Shown here: positions 25,394 to 37,557 of the stretch, piece after piece | How the letters are laid out: each line of letters starts with the position of its first letter | Position numbering within the stretch: the stretch's first letter is position 1 | Source of the DNA: Phoronis australis | Taxonomy: Eukaryota > Animalia > Phoronida | Direction: 5' to 3' | DNA: 64,000 bases | Assembly (NCBI GenBank): GCA_002633005.1 | Contig: NMRA01000253.1 | Location: 321,251-385,250, forward strand | Notes under the pieces: model-generated | Told to the model about the DNA's origin: nothing | Database searches by the model: none | Seen by the model: only the letters and a program-made list of their open reading frames with translations | Translations under genes and position numbers: made by a program

Positions 25394-25742
25394 NNNNNNN
25401 NNNNNNNNNNNNNNNNNNNNNNNNNNNNNNNNNNNNNNNNNNNNNNNNNNNNNNNNNNNNNNNNNNNNNNNNNNNNNNNNNNNNNNNNNNNNNNNNNNNN
25501 NNNNNNNNNNNNNNNNNNNNNNNNNNNNNNNNNNNNNNNNNNNNNNNNNNNNNNNNNNNNNNNNNNNNNNNNNNNNNNNNNNNNNNNNNNNNNNNNNNNN
25601 NNNNNNNNNNNNNNNNNNNNNNNNNNNNNNNNNNNNNNNNNNNNNNNNNNNNNNNNNNNNNNNNNNNNNNNNNNNNNNNNNNNNNNNNNNNNNNNNNNNN
25701 NNNNNNNNNNNNNNNNNNNNNNNNNNNNNNNNNNNNNNNNNN
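25394..25742. other. Assembly gap (N run)
   Basis: 349 N characters. Confidence 1.
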
Positions 25743-25800
<58 letters not shown>

Positions 25801-26190
25801 TTATTTGCACATGGAGTTAGCTCATTTGTACATTTTACATTGCAGCATTTGGTGTACATGAAGGTGGCAATTTCATGTCTGGATATTCAATACATGTATG
25901 CATATTTACACGTTACAATGTTAGAGTTTCCTGTCTAATACCATAAGCCTTTAATATAACTAAGGACAGTCTTTTCAAAAGATTTCCAGAGTTTGTTTTG
26001 AATAGGTATTTGGCGTTTTCGATGTCAGTATGCTGTCGGGATATTTCTGGTGAAAAATTCATTCTAATGTCGTTAAGTACGGGGCAGTCAACTAATGAGT
26101 GTATTTTGTTTTCAATTTCTGAACGGTTGCAAATTTCGCAAAGTCTGTCTTCCTTTGAAATGTCACGGTGACTACCAGTTTCTACAGAAA
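25743..26190 (-). mobile_element. 3' end of a CR1/L2-group LINE with (TC)n tail
   Basis: Minus-strand SVETGSHRDISKEDRLCEICNRSEIENKIHSLVDCPVLNDIR...IRQETLTL*, then AATAAAC and the (GA)n/(TC)n run at 25743-25796. Confidence 0.8.
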
Positions 26191-27479
26191 AATATATTGA
26201 ATGAGTACTAGTAATATGAACACCTCTGTTTAACGGACCGTTATTTTAACAATTGGACCGATGCCTATTAAATGTACCGGCATGTCACCTTTACCTTTAC
26301 CTTGAGATCCCTCTACTGTGAGTACTAGCATTTTCAGGTTATTCCTTTGTGCGTGACTAGGTGTTCATTGCTGTTCCGTTTATTGTACGAGTTCATGGAG
26401 AACTTACGGATGACCGGTTACTGATTAATGAATACAAAAAACCTGTTTGAAAATGATACCATGTCGAGGTCCCTCGTTTTACATGACCAGATCTTACCTG
26501 TGTACATTCCAGCTGATATTGTTTAAGAATATGTTCGGTATCCGGTAATCTGGTACCGGCCATATACGAAAGTTGTCTATTCTGTTGTTCAATGAGTCTG
26601 TATGTGTATTACATGTGAAAACACATTTAGATTGCAAGTGCAATGATATTTGGGTACTATCAACGTATGAGACAACCTCATCTCAGTTAGAGTGTATAAT
26701 AAAGGCAAACTTCACACGACAGGAGATGGCCAAATCAATGGGAGTTAGTTCCTCTATCATATCACGTCGGCTGAAGTATGTGATAATTTAATTACTACTG
26801 TTTAAGCATTGACACTGTCTCCTGACTAGTGCTTAAGATGTTACCACTTTAATGGACAGCGATTTTACTAAGTGATGATCATGCAGTTATATCATTTTTG
26901 TGGTATAGTAAAGAAACTTTCGATTGTTTCTGGTAAATCTCATCCATGACATAAGTGGATCGGTTGGGGGAGGGGGCGATACAACTTCCAACTGCCAACT
27001 TCCAAAGAAGTTTTAAAAAGTACCTCCTCATATTTTTGTTCGCACACATTTGGGATTAATCCGGACTTACTTTCTTTGGAACTACCTGTTCTTTTGGAGG
27101 CTTGTGTCTGGGTGGGGGTCTGAGGCAATTTTCTTGGATAATGTGCCTGTGATTTTGATTACATGCTCTCATATGGGGCCAGGAACCCCTAAATCCACCT
27201 ATGCAGGGGTTGAGCCGCGATCCAAAAAACTTGATACCGTTGTTTAACAGTGTCTTTCACAAATAGGCCCTGGCAGAGTGTTAAAAATACTACTCGTCAC
27301 GTGTCAGAAAAGACCCGTCACAAGGTGACGCTATTGTCGTTCCATACTATACTAGATCACTCGCCCTGTGAAATGATGCGAAATTGACATAGATGTGATG
27401 AAGGGAACGTGGCTGATAATTCATCAATTTCCTTACTTCATATTCTTTTAAAAGGATACTAATCCTCGTTCTGTGACAT

Positions 27480-29110
27480 GCTAACGTATCACTGGCGTCA
27501 ATCTTCTAAGTAAAAATATAGTAAATCCGACTTTGGCCGATTTTGACATATGCTTTAACGACTTCCCTACAGTGTGTATCTAGTTCTCTGTAACATAATG
27601 CCAACAATAATGCTCTCTAAAGGCTCGACAGCCCCCAACAATTTTGTGGAAATTTAGAAAATTCCTTTCAAAGTCCTCTAAAGGGGCAAGCGAGGCGTAC
27701 GCTTTTAGCGAGTTACGCGTCATCTGTCTGAAAAGACGACTCACCAAGGAACATAATGTCCAATTCGTGAGATTTGGTATGAATTCTTCGTTGATTCCCG
27801 CTTCTATTTTTCAAGGTTCAATCCACTGACGCATCAACAGGTGATAGATTGAGGATTGGTTGATATCGTCAAAACAGGGTTGAGTGCCCTTTTTATGGAG
27901 GGAATCAATTAAAACTTCATTCACCCTTTGTCACAATTTAGACATTATGGTCCTTGGTAGATGGTCTTTTCCCCACAGTTACCGTGTACTGAATTCGCAG
28001 AAAGCGCATGCCACAATTGCCCGTTTAGCAATCATTGAAAGGAGTTTTCAATGTTTTAGCAAACATTTGAGAGTTGTCAAGGATTACAGAGCATATGTTT
28101 TTTAGAAAACTGGATGGGAAAGCTATTTTTAGTGTGTGCCCAAACCGGATTTGGAATCCCTTTAAAATGCAAGAACATACTCATTTTTCCGTATTCGTAA
28201 TACATGAGGGCAATTTCGTATGCGCAATAAATCAATAAATGTAGATCCTGGTCGTTGTTATTTGCATAAGTACATATACACCACTCAGTGCATATAATTA
28301 CCGAAGCATCGTTTACTTCGCATGCAAAAGTAGAAACCTTAAACTTGAGTCCTAAATTATAGATATTTTCATAGTAGTTAACCTTCCGAGTAGTGAACTT
28401 TTAGAATAGTGAGTGGTTCCCGAATCCAGCGATATAAGTTACATGCAAACAGATAAAAAACTTTCGTCAAGTCATTCTCAGACTAAAAAAATTCGTCCCA
28501 GTATGTATTGAGGTGCAATTATACATTGATGCACGCCTGCTTGGAAAGTTCTCCTCGGTAATGCAAGAGCGTTTTCTTTCTTTACCAAAGTACATATTCG
28601 AAGTTGAGTCCCATTCTTTACGAGCAACCGTGACGGCATCATCATTTCCGTCTCATCTCAGAAACATAGAGATGGGAGTCATTGTTGTGTGTACAAATTT
28701 CCTTTCCGTCTACTGAAGCTGTGTCAAGGGCCGTGCCGGAACCTCTGCAGTGTCGACCTTTGCAACACATCAAAGGTAACCGCTTTCGAATTTCGAAAAT
28801 CTCCCCGCGCAATGCTGTCTACAGTCTTGGTACTCCTATAGTCTGGACTATACTGTCATTTACGCAAACACCACTAGGAAGAATTTTGCCTTAGGATTAC
28901 GTGAAGCACTTTGAATCAGAAGCAAGTTCAAATTTTTCAGTAAAACAGTTATCAGTGAAATTAGTGATAACAGTAGCTGCAGCAATTTTGGTGGTGTTGT
29001 CCATGTACTACGTACTATCTTTAACGGATAGGTTCGGGCTAGATGTTTCCGCCGGAGACTCCCCTCAACCCCCAGGCTATATGGACTGTCTTGCAGATTC
29101 ACAGCATTAA
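27480..29110 (+). pseudogene. Possible heavily decayed LRR-(Ig)-TM receptor pseudogene
   Basis: Scattered frame-broken peptides: PTLADFDICFNDF, AYAFSELRVICLK, IITEASFTSHAKVETLNLS (LRR-like), IIISVSSQKHRDGSHCCV (Ig F-strand-like) and LVITVAAAILVVLSMYYVL (TM), in receptor order. Confidence 0.35.
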
Positions 29111-30569
29111 ACGACTTTTTAAAGTCCTCATTTTCGATTAATCAGTTGTACATGCTTCCGAAAGGAATACGCACATATTGTTGAGGGTAAACGGCTGCCT
29201 AACGCCAGTTCGTTCGATAAAGTCATCCATTTGAGATTTTATTATCGTGTACATGTACTGTTACTCCAACTAGTAACACAAGTTTTTGCAATAAATTTAC
29301 CTGGTTAGCCACATTAAAAAAATAAAATCTGCTATCACGTCAAACTTCTATGCTGTGTGGATAGTCACTGGCATGTTTGCAATGGTGTCCGTCGCATCTT
29401 CCGCTGATTTTGTTCAAATTACGCCTGTAATAGTCAATTTTGCACAATTCGAACAAAGGACTAGTCCCCTTAGCCACTCGCTGCTTGGTTAATTTCTCAG
29501 ACGACGAATAGCTTAAATGACATGTTTTCCCAAGATTACGTAGGCCTATGCGTCAACTTTAGGTAAACTCAACCAACCTCGACTTTAAATAAAACAAAGC
29601 TTATTACCATTTTTGTATCAGTATTTCCTATAGACACCTACTTTTCGTATAATTTGAACCAGCTTGGAATTCCATAATTATTTCTGTTCCAAGTTTCGCA
29701 CATGGTCAACTCAATAAAGCACTCTCCAAACATTAACAACTGCTCTAGCGCAGCTTATACAGCAGGGATACACATATTTTTTTCATTTTAGCACTTGAGT
29801 TTGACGACAGGTGCGTAGACAAAAAATTAATATCGACACAATGTTCTTTCGTTGAGGTAAGAATGACATGATGCGTGATTGGCTGAACGACGTGTTTCCT
29901 AGGCTATGAGTGATGTTCCAAGTATCTACCAATAGAAACGTGGATGAAGGTTTTCAAATGGTTTAAATGAAAGCTTGGTCTAAGAATTGTTCCATAGATG
30001 TACATGTACGGCATACACAACAGTTGTGATTGTTCAGGTAAGAAGTTAAATGTTCCCTGCATGGTGTTACCAAGGCTAGTAAAAAAGATTGCCAACAATT
30101 TAGTTCCTTAAAACTCCGTAAAAAGGGCCCGATTTGGTAAAAAATCTCTACTCAAGGTTAGCTTATGCACGCTTTTTGTGACGTGGTGCGGAAAATCACG
30201 AATTTTATTAAATTAGAGTGACTTGACGAGCTCGTGAAGACTTTCAGAAAATTTCCAAAACAGTCCCCAAAAAACAACACTATCTGTTATACAAATTGTA
30301 CTCTTCTTTAGATTTTTGTATCGTTCTGAAGGAATGTCTTGCAAACAAATTTTAGAAGCTTAAAAAAGGAGCGATAATATCCTGTACTACTTAAGTCCGT
30401 AAAACGCCCATGTAGTGGTCATCGTTTGTAAGGGGCTACCGAAGACGGAGACCCTAAACATATTTGTTTTACGTTAGAACACAAAATAGAAAATAGAACA
30501 CAAAAGGTGACACTTTGTGAACGCACTTACAGAGTTGTAAACGCGCAATAGACTACAGGTGTATCAGCC

Positions 30570-31130
30570 TATTTCATAAAGGTGACTTTAATTTAAACTT
30601 GGTTTAATTTTAAACGTGGTTTAAACTGGACATAGAACAGAATTAAAGATATTCTGCATTTCAAAAAGTTGGTTTAACCTTTAGACCAAGGGTGTAGTGA
30701 AACCTGGTTTAACCCAAGATTAGACCTTGTCTAAGTAAGATTTCATTTCACCAAAACGGTCTATACTCCTTAAACCTGTATTATAGTTTAAATTTACACT
30801 TGGTTAGACCCACGTTTAATACTATTAAATATGTCAGACTTGCACGATATAAGTGCAACAGAATGATATCACGGTGTGCATTTGCGAAGCTATTATAGAG
30901 CGAGAACGGTCTATTTCAATTTTAGTTTAACAGCGACACAAGATCAAACGTAGCTGGGGCGGATCTCGGATTTTTCGAAGGGGAGGAGGATCGGATCAAT
31001 GATTTTTAAAATGCCAGTCTAAGTCAACCATACGAAAATGATAGATTTGGTCTTACTAAAATCAAGGTAAAAAGGGGTCCAGACCCTTGAACAATCTGGA
31101 TCCTTCTATGCGTAGATCAGTACGTGTTTG
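30570..31130 (+). repeat. Interspersed repeat (DNA-transposon-like end); second copy at 60864-61360
   Basis: Shared blocks TTTCAxAAAGGTG..TAAACTGGAC..TTTCATTTCACCAA..TTAAxTACTATTA..CAGACTTG..AGAGCGAGAACGG..CGTAGAxCAGTA. Confidence 0.75.
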
Positions 31131-31669
31131 CATAAATGCCACACCATGTCAATCAAAATGGAGTCAAAGAGATTTCGTAACTTCTTCTTCTTCTTGCTGT
31201 AAAATACACAAAAACGATGGTCTTTCACACAAAATAAATAAACAAAGAAATCTTGTTACGTGATAAGTGCGGGTGTTGTTATATCGTTTTAAATCTTAGA
31301 ACGATACAGTGAGTAGAAGGAGATCACGCTTCAACGTTGTAACTGCTTGGAACGTTACAGCGAGACCAACACAAATCTCGTTGCACCGTTTTAAACACTA
31401 AAAATGATACAACGAGTAGAGTGAGACATACTACAGGAGCATTTGTGGGAAGAATTATCTTTTTTGCACTGGCATCTAGCCATATGAGATGGGCTCGACG
31501 TTAAGGAAATCGGCAGGTCGCATTTTGCGATCTAGAGCCAAAATCTCAGATTGCATTTTTAAAATCCAGCTCGCAATCATAAATGCCAGGTCGCAAAAGT
31601 GGTCCACCATTTTTAAGCGCCAAATGTAATTTTGACAGATCATTGAGAAACTGTTTTGATTATCTCTTA

Positions 31670-32745
31670 CCTGCGGCGTTATATACACATCAATTCCAGG
31701 TTGCAAGATTGCGTTACTGTTCTTTACGATCGCCATTGAAAGGTTCAAGAGTGCAAGACTAGTTGCCGATGTGGAAGTTGAACCAGTGCTCTCTAATCTA
31801 CACGTGCACTTTGTAGTAGCTAAGTTTGCAATGTGAAAAGGGAGAAAATACTCGTTGAAAAGTTATCCGCGATTTTGTGTGCAAACTCCCTCCATTTTTT
31901 GTTTTCAGCCAAACTTTTACAACTTAACTCGACATTTGAATAGCGTCCTGTCCAAAAGCATCAATGAAACGTTGTGTTCGCCGAATGTCGTATTCGGATG
32001 CGCGGGGACAGTTCACTGCAAATTTCACAAATGTATGGTACTTATGCCGTTTACATACTCAATAATTTTTCTTGAAATGAAAAGTTTCAAAGTACCGGTA
32101 ATTTCCTACTCTGTGAGGGCTGCCATCGGGCAATGGAGTTTGCTCCGCAATACCTTCCACGTACTCGAAATATAGATCAGTCACCAAACAAAACGCATGC
32201 CAATAGTCTTAACTGCCTCTCGGAGGTATAAAACAAAGCCGATTTTTGGCTTTTACACATTGAGTAAAGACATTTTTAGAAAACAAAAATTGTTGTTGTG
32301 TAAAATGAGAGTAACTCGTTACACGTACGTCGTTTGTATTGCACTATGATGGTCGCTAGCCTGAACTGTAGGCGCTCATTTGGAAATTCTGAAAAGTTGA
32401 TGGTCAAGGTTTAGTGGAGCAATGAGAGCTTATTATGAAACACGTCAAAGGTAGGTAGACTTAGGTGCATGAGTGAGCATTGCCGTTAACCAATGTGCGG
32501 TAATAAGATATTCAAAAACTCCAATAGTAGGGAACTTTATTACAAGTATAATTTGATTTTGCGTGGAAAACAACATCTACTAGGCTATCTTTACCAGATA
32601 CACTGTACATTATTAGCCTTCCGCCAGAACAAAGATTCTTTGTAATGGAGTCTGAAAATTTTTTCTTCTGGTTGGCCGGGAACACAAAAATTGGCGTGGT
32701 GTATAAAAGGGCGAAGAAAAGGCTCGCTAACCACAATTTCCCCAT
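31670..32745 (-). pseudogene. Possible decayed secreted/LRR-like pseudogene with intact signal peptide
   Basis: MGKLWLASLFFALLYTTPIFVFPA signal peptide. Downstream broken peptides TFDVFHNKLSLL, TLILHNNNF and SLALLNLS are LRR-like. It ends at a CAG|GTAAGA donor near 31670. Confidence 0.3.
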
Positions 32746-33269
32746 TTAATTTGCCAGATAGCTGGCAACGGGCATAGAACACCGGGCCTGGCACTCTGGG
32801 AAATCGGAGCACGAAAATATCAGTTCTGGGTTATATCGGTCTCAGGGATTATCGTTAAGCATCGGGCATTTTATAAGCGTTCATTGACAAAGAAATCATT
32901 GGCACCCGGGTGCCTAACGGGGCCAAGCAGGTTTAATCTTTTGTTTAGGACTCTCTCTTTTTTGGTGTGCAGCGGAGTGGGTTTCGTACAACGCTACATT
33001 TGTCGCATTTGCGTTTGACGTGAAATGTAACAACTTGTTACATTTTAGTAGGGGCTAAGCAACGCAAAATGTATCAATGACGTGAGATGTAAAAGTTGTT
33101 ACATTTAACGAAATTGTTGCATTTTACGGCGTGTCAGTGCACGCGTGAGCTCACTCACTTGAATTGCTGGAGTAGGCTGACGATTGACATTGACAGAAAC
33201 ATGTGACAGACGACCCATATGTCGCGTACTTTGATGAAACTAAAGACGTGGTTGTCGTTTGACGAATAA

Positions 33270-33403
33270 TGGGGCGGTTATTTTCACATTTCTATTCTTT
33301 TGCTATAAAAACGAGACGCTGAGAGGCACATTTCTAAGTAGCGACCGTTTACCACGACACCGCTTGCGCGCAAACAACAGGGCCGACCAGTGTCGCAGTA
33401 AGA
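33270..33403 (+). promoter_or_regulatory. Candidate Pol II core promoter and non-coding first exon
   Basis: GC box GGGGCGG at 33271, TATAAAAA at 33304-33311, and donor GTAAGA at 33398 with no ATG in between. Confidence 0.3.
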
Positions 33404-33579
33404 TATCAGGGATATTGTTCTAGGTGTTTAATAATAAGGATATCTTGCGTTTAAATAAATATGTTTTCCTACCAAAAAGTTTGGTAAGTTGATTATCTAA
33501 ATGTTAGTAGAAACACCCCTGCTATGTGACGTTTTTATAAGTTGCCTGAACCGAGTTGAGTACACTAGGTGTAGGGGTG

Positions 33580-35016
33580 GTTGGCTCTTTGGTATTGCAT
33601 GCGATCAAAATCTAACAACGTCTTGCTTATTGCATCAGCGGCCTGGAGATGCAGAATCAAGTCAATATTTCGAGGTGCTGCAACTGATATCGGTAATTGT
33701 TAACAAGTCAAAGAAATTGTGGTGAGCTTGCTTTGTACTCTCGGCTTTTCTGCTCTTGTCCTTTTCAGGCTGCCCCTCTTGTTTATACAGCCTCACAGCA
33801 GATGGCTTCTAATTGGGAGTTTTCTTTAGAGTTCCTTTAGGATTCTCGAACACTGTTGTACATGTACATGTACATGTACATGTACATGTACATGTACATG
33901 AATAAATGTAGGCTCTGTGAGTGTGCTTGAAGTGAGTGCACTTTAGAATCTGTCAAGTTGCAGCGGTGCCACAGAAGGTGGCTTCTATCCAGGCATCATG
34001 TATTCAGAATTCTCTATGCCATTGCAGCATGCAAATGCCCAAGTCTTTGGATCACTGTTTGCTTGCGTTCAGGTCTGGTAAATAGGAGATGCAAAACCTT
34101 CTGGTGTAGATCCATGTCGCGGGGAATGACAGTTGGATGAGCTTCGTGAACAACCAGCCTCCTCAAGTGTCACCTCTGCATAACAATTGTCAATAAGTTC
34201 GACCACTTATGGGCCACCTCTTGAAGAAGTGGTAAGGCGCCGCACTCAGTGAAAGACTGGTTTGTAGAGATTAGTGAGTTGTAGCATTCCCAGAATGGGA
34301 CCTTTCTGTTGTTTTCGTCATTGATCCTCAGCCTGGTTACTGTCAAAGTTATCTGCTATCCGACTGTCAAACGCAAACAATAACTCCGTTGAGTAGAGAA
34401 GAGCTGAAATCAAAAGTTAACAGGCAAAATAATATTAAAATCTTCACAAGTTGCGTCTCAATTGTATATTAAAAAATCTATAGATATACTGTAATGTACA
34501 TGTAAATTTTAATCTCCGTTTCTGTAATTATTTTCAATATTCTGGGGTTAATAGCTGCTATTAACAATACCTTATATTATAGAACATATATCGTTTTTGA
34601 AATAATGTTTTTCAATTCCTTAAGTAACAAAAAGTACCTCAGCCATCAAAAGTAGCATTCTAAGTGACATAAAGCAGATACACTGAGCAAAATACATTTT
34701 ACGGGCTCCGTTTTTGAAACTCCTTGAAGGCCGCCAAGATGGCTGCCAATAAAATTAAAATTTGCAATTCCTTGTCCTCATAAATGCAAGTGTAGCATAA
34801 AAAGTAACATTTTAAATGTCCCAACGGTGGAGATAGTGGGCAAACACTACTGTGCCGGAGCCATTTTTGAAAATTCAAGATGGATGCCAAGATGGCTCCC
34901 GAAGTAGAATCAAATATTTTCTTGTCTGCCATTCCATTAGGTGTACAAAATGTATAGTTTCACTTTACCAAAAAAATCCAACGAATGTCAAATTTTTGAC
35001 ATAGCGAACATGACTA
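33580..35016 (-). mobile_element. Academ-like DNA transposon relic 1 (5' terminus plus transposase fragments)
   Basis: Minus-strand GALPLLQEVAHKWSNLLTIVMQ..HPTVIPRDMDLHQK..VIQRLGHLHAAM and VAAPRNIDLILHLQA..FDR. Terminus TAGTCATGTTCGCT at 35016, with subterminal CAAGATGG motifs. Confidence 0.65.
33860..33900. repeat. (TACATG)n microsatellite
   Basis: About seven tandem units. TACATGTA is also frequent across the window. Confidence 0.9.
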
Positions 35017-35229
35017 TTAGTAGCAAAATTGCCTCAACTGAAAACTGTCGATTTCTCAGTCCAGCTTTACTTCCAGCTTCAGTTGTTTAGTGTACAAGTC
35101 CATCGACAGAGAAATCTATACAACAATAACAACAACCACAACAACATCAACAACACATAATATTGAAAATAAGCTTCCGCTAACACCCATCCATGACAAA
35201 TGTACACTGTACATGGCAAAAACCAGGAG

Positions 35230-35390
35230 GGCGTTCAGTAACGCTAGGACCTACGCTAGGACCTACATGCACATGTAAATTGTAGCTAAAATCTAGCCAC
35301 CGTCACGTGCCCTTTTTTACAATACACGACGATATCTCTCGTAGTCTCGCAAAGTATTGCTTTTTAGCGAGGTTCTAGCGTTACTGAACA
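35230..35390. mobile_element. Short MITE; related copies near 10495-10590 and 45735-45870
   Basis: TIR GTTCAGTAACGCTAG...CTAGCGTTACTGAAC with a shared GAGATATCG core. Confidence 0.6.
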
Positions 35391-36539
35391 GGAAGCCGGT
35401 TTCTCATCGGCATGTTTTATCAAGGCCGACTACTCTCTGAGGATTCTCACCCAAACCAATACTATGGTTTCTCCAGGCTAGCAAATAAGGGGTTGCATTT
35501 TTGTTGTCTATATTATGAATGCAGCGCAAATGCCTGTATTTCACGAGAAAGCGTTCATAGTCACAATAAAAAACCATTGACAGATGATGAACTTAATAAC
35601 AGGTTTTCTTAATCAAAGTTGATCAGATGCGCAAAATAAATAATTGTGTGTATGATTTCAAACAGTCGGTTTAAAGAAATAATATTGACTCGGCATCACG
35701 CCTTCACTGTTGGTGACTACTCGCCGCTCTTCATCAAGGGCCGGTGTTGAATAGGTGTTGTAATCCACTGGAACCTCAACTACCAACTGGAAGTTAGCTT
35801 ATTTATGCAATTATTCCGTTTACCTCTTACGATTTCGCCGTTAATAACCTATTATACCAACAATGGTAATAGCAATTTTTTGTCTCATTCCTCAATTTCG
35901 TAGTGACGGTAAATCAAGTTATTAAAAATTGCTGAGAGGGTGGAGAATTGTGATTTAGACCTGTGCGCATGGCAAAGTTGATGTTCATGTAGTCTCTGAA
36001 TTAGCGTATCCACACAAAACAGCTTCAAAAATGACGACGGCACCCGGATCGCAAAAATTGTGTACGCGATTTTATACTCGTATCCCACAACACAACTCCT
36101 TCAATATCGCAACTTTCCTTAAATTTGCGTTAGGTGGAGTCCACTGGTAAATGTCTCACGCATTGGCGATTGTGTCCTCGAACAAAGCGCTGACACTGAA
36201 TCGTTCCAGTCGATTTTATTGTTTCAAATGAGTGCCACCAGGGGGAGTTGAAAGGCACTGGTGCTCTTACTACGTAAACCGTTAGCCGCCCCATGCCTTG
36301 TGAAAATTTGCTTTACGTAAGGTGTTATGCAAAGAGCTTAAAATACAACTATCGTGTCATATCAGGTACTTTCCTCACAACCAGTAAAAGTTGCTTGGTA
36401 TTTCGTCAAGGAAATTTGAAATGGAATTGAGTCAGTTCATTAGATTATTTGAATCACTCTCAAATAAATCGAACCGTTTCCACGCATCGTAAACTAGATT
36501 TCTCGAAAGTTTTTCACTTTTTATTTTTTTCTGCCTGTG

Positions 36540-37420
36540 GCATCCTCTCTCCGAAATTGTCTGGCATGTAACGGTTGTGGAATTTGGAGTGACCCTAAAC
36601 ATGCTGTTATTGGTTTCAACCTGTTAGGTGGTGAGTTAATCTAACACAACCCGCAGGTTTGGGCGTTCCTGGAGGGCGTAACCCACCATCTGATTTATCT
36701 GGCAAACACTTGTGGATTTATCTTGGATATTTTGCAACTAGTTTCCAATGGTTACTTCTCGGCTTGATGAAGCTCATATTGGGGCCCCATAATTTTTTGT
36801 CTGTCAAAGGCCCCCCATCAGTGAAACTTTCTTTGCTTTAACTGGTTACCTTGTGGGTTGATTTAGCTCAACTCTGAGATTTGGGCCTGTCTGGCGGTGT
36901 TACCCACCAGTGGATTTGTCTAGCAGTGTTATTTAGAGATACACGCGGTCCTGTTGAATTTTTTACTACTGAGTTTCTTCAGTTAACTTTTGGGTTGATC
37001 TTGCTCAAGTTTGGGACCCCATTATTGTTATCTGACAGAAGCAACTCTCACTGACGTTGTCTGGTACATAACTGCTGCTCTCAGTGGAGTGATGTTGGAT
37101 GTTAAACAATTGGTTTCAACCAGTTACCTGGTGATTTGTGCTACGTCATTTGGGCGTGATTGGCGTTGGTAATCCGCTACTGATTTTGGCAAGCACTCTC
37201 TGTGCATGATGCATTGCTTTATGATGATTAATTTGTAGCCAGTTTTACGCCGTTACCTCTTGGACTGATCATCTCAATTTTGGGACCACAATATTTTTTT
37301 TTGTCGGGGTAACCCACCCCTGAAATTGTGTCGTAGTGGATAATTTTGATACTGTGAATTGTGTAGTTTTTGTCGCAGGTATTTTTAGGTGGTTACCAGA
37401 AAAGTTGATCTGGGCCAATT
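36540..37420. repeat. Ancient diverged tandem repeat (~120/240-bp period)
   Basis: Recurring GGTTAC..GGxTTGAT..GCTCA..TTGGGxC..TxACCCACC motifs. Confidence 0.5.
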
Positions 37421-37557
37421 CCTAGCAGTGCGATAACCATGGGTCACTGTGGTAACAACGAATATTGTTCAGGCCTACTTTTTATGCCCAAAAACATCTG
37501 GGATGCCCGTATAAAACGCAAATTTTGCTGCATCGTTTTTAATCCTAAGAAGTACAT

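Noticed and set aside
25229-25861. Long ORFs with X runs and ER/LS repeats
   Set aside because: Artefacts of the N gap and (GA)n tract.
28683-28841. Ly6/uPAR-like end (CSVDLCN + hydrophobic tail)
   Set aside because: No start, signal peptide or clean acceptor in frame, and an upstream stop. It may be chance or part of the decayed receptor relic.
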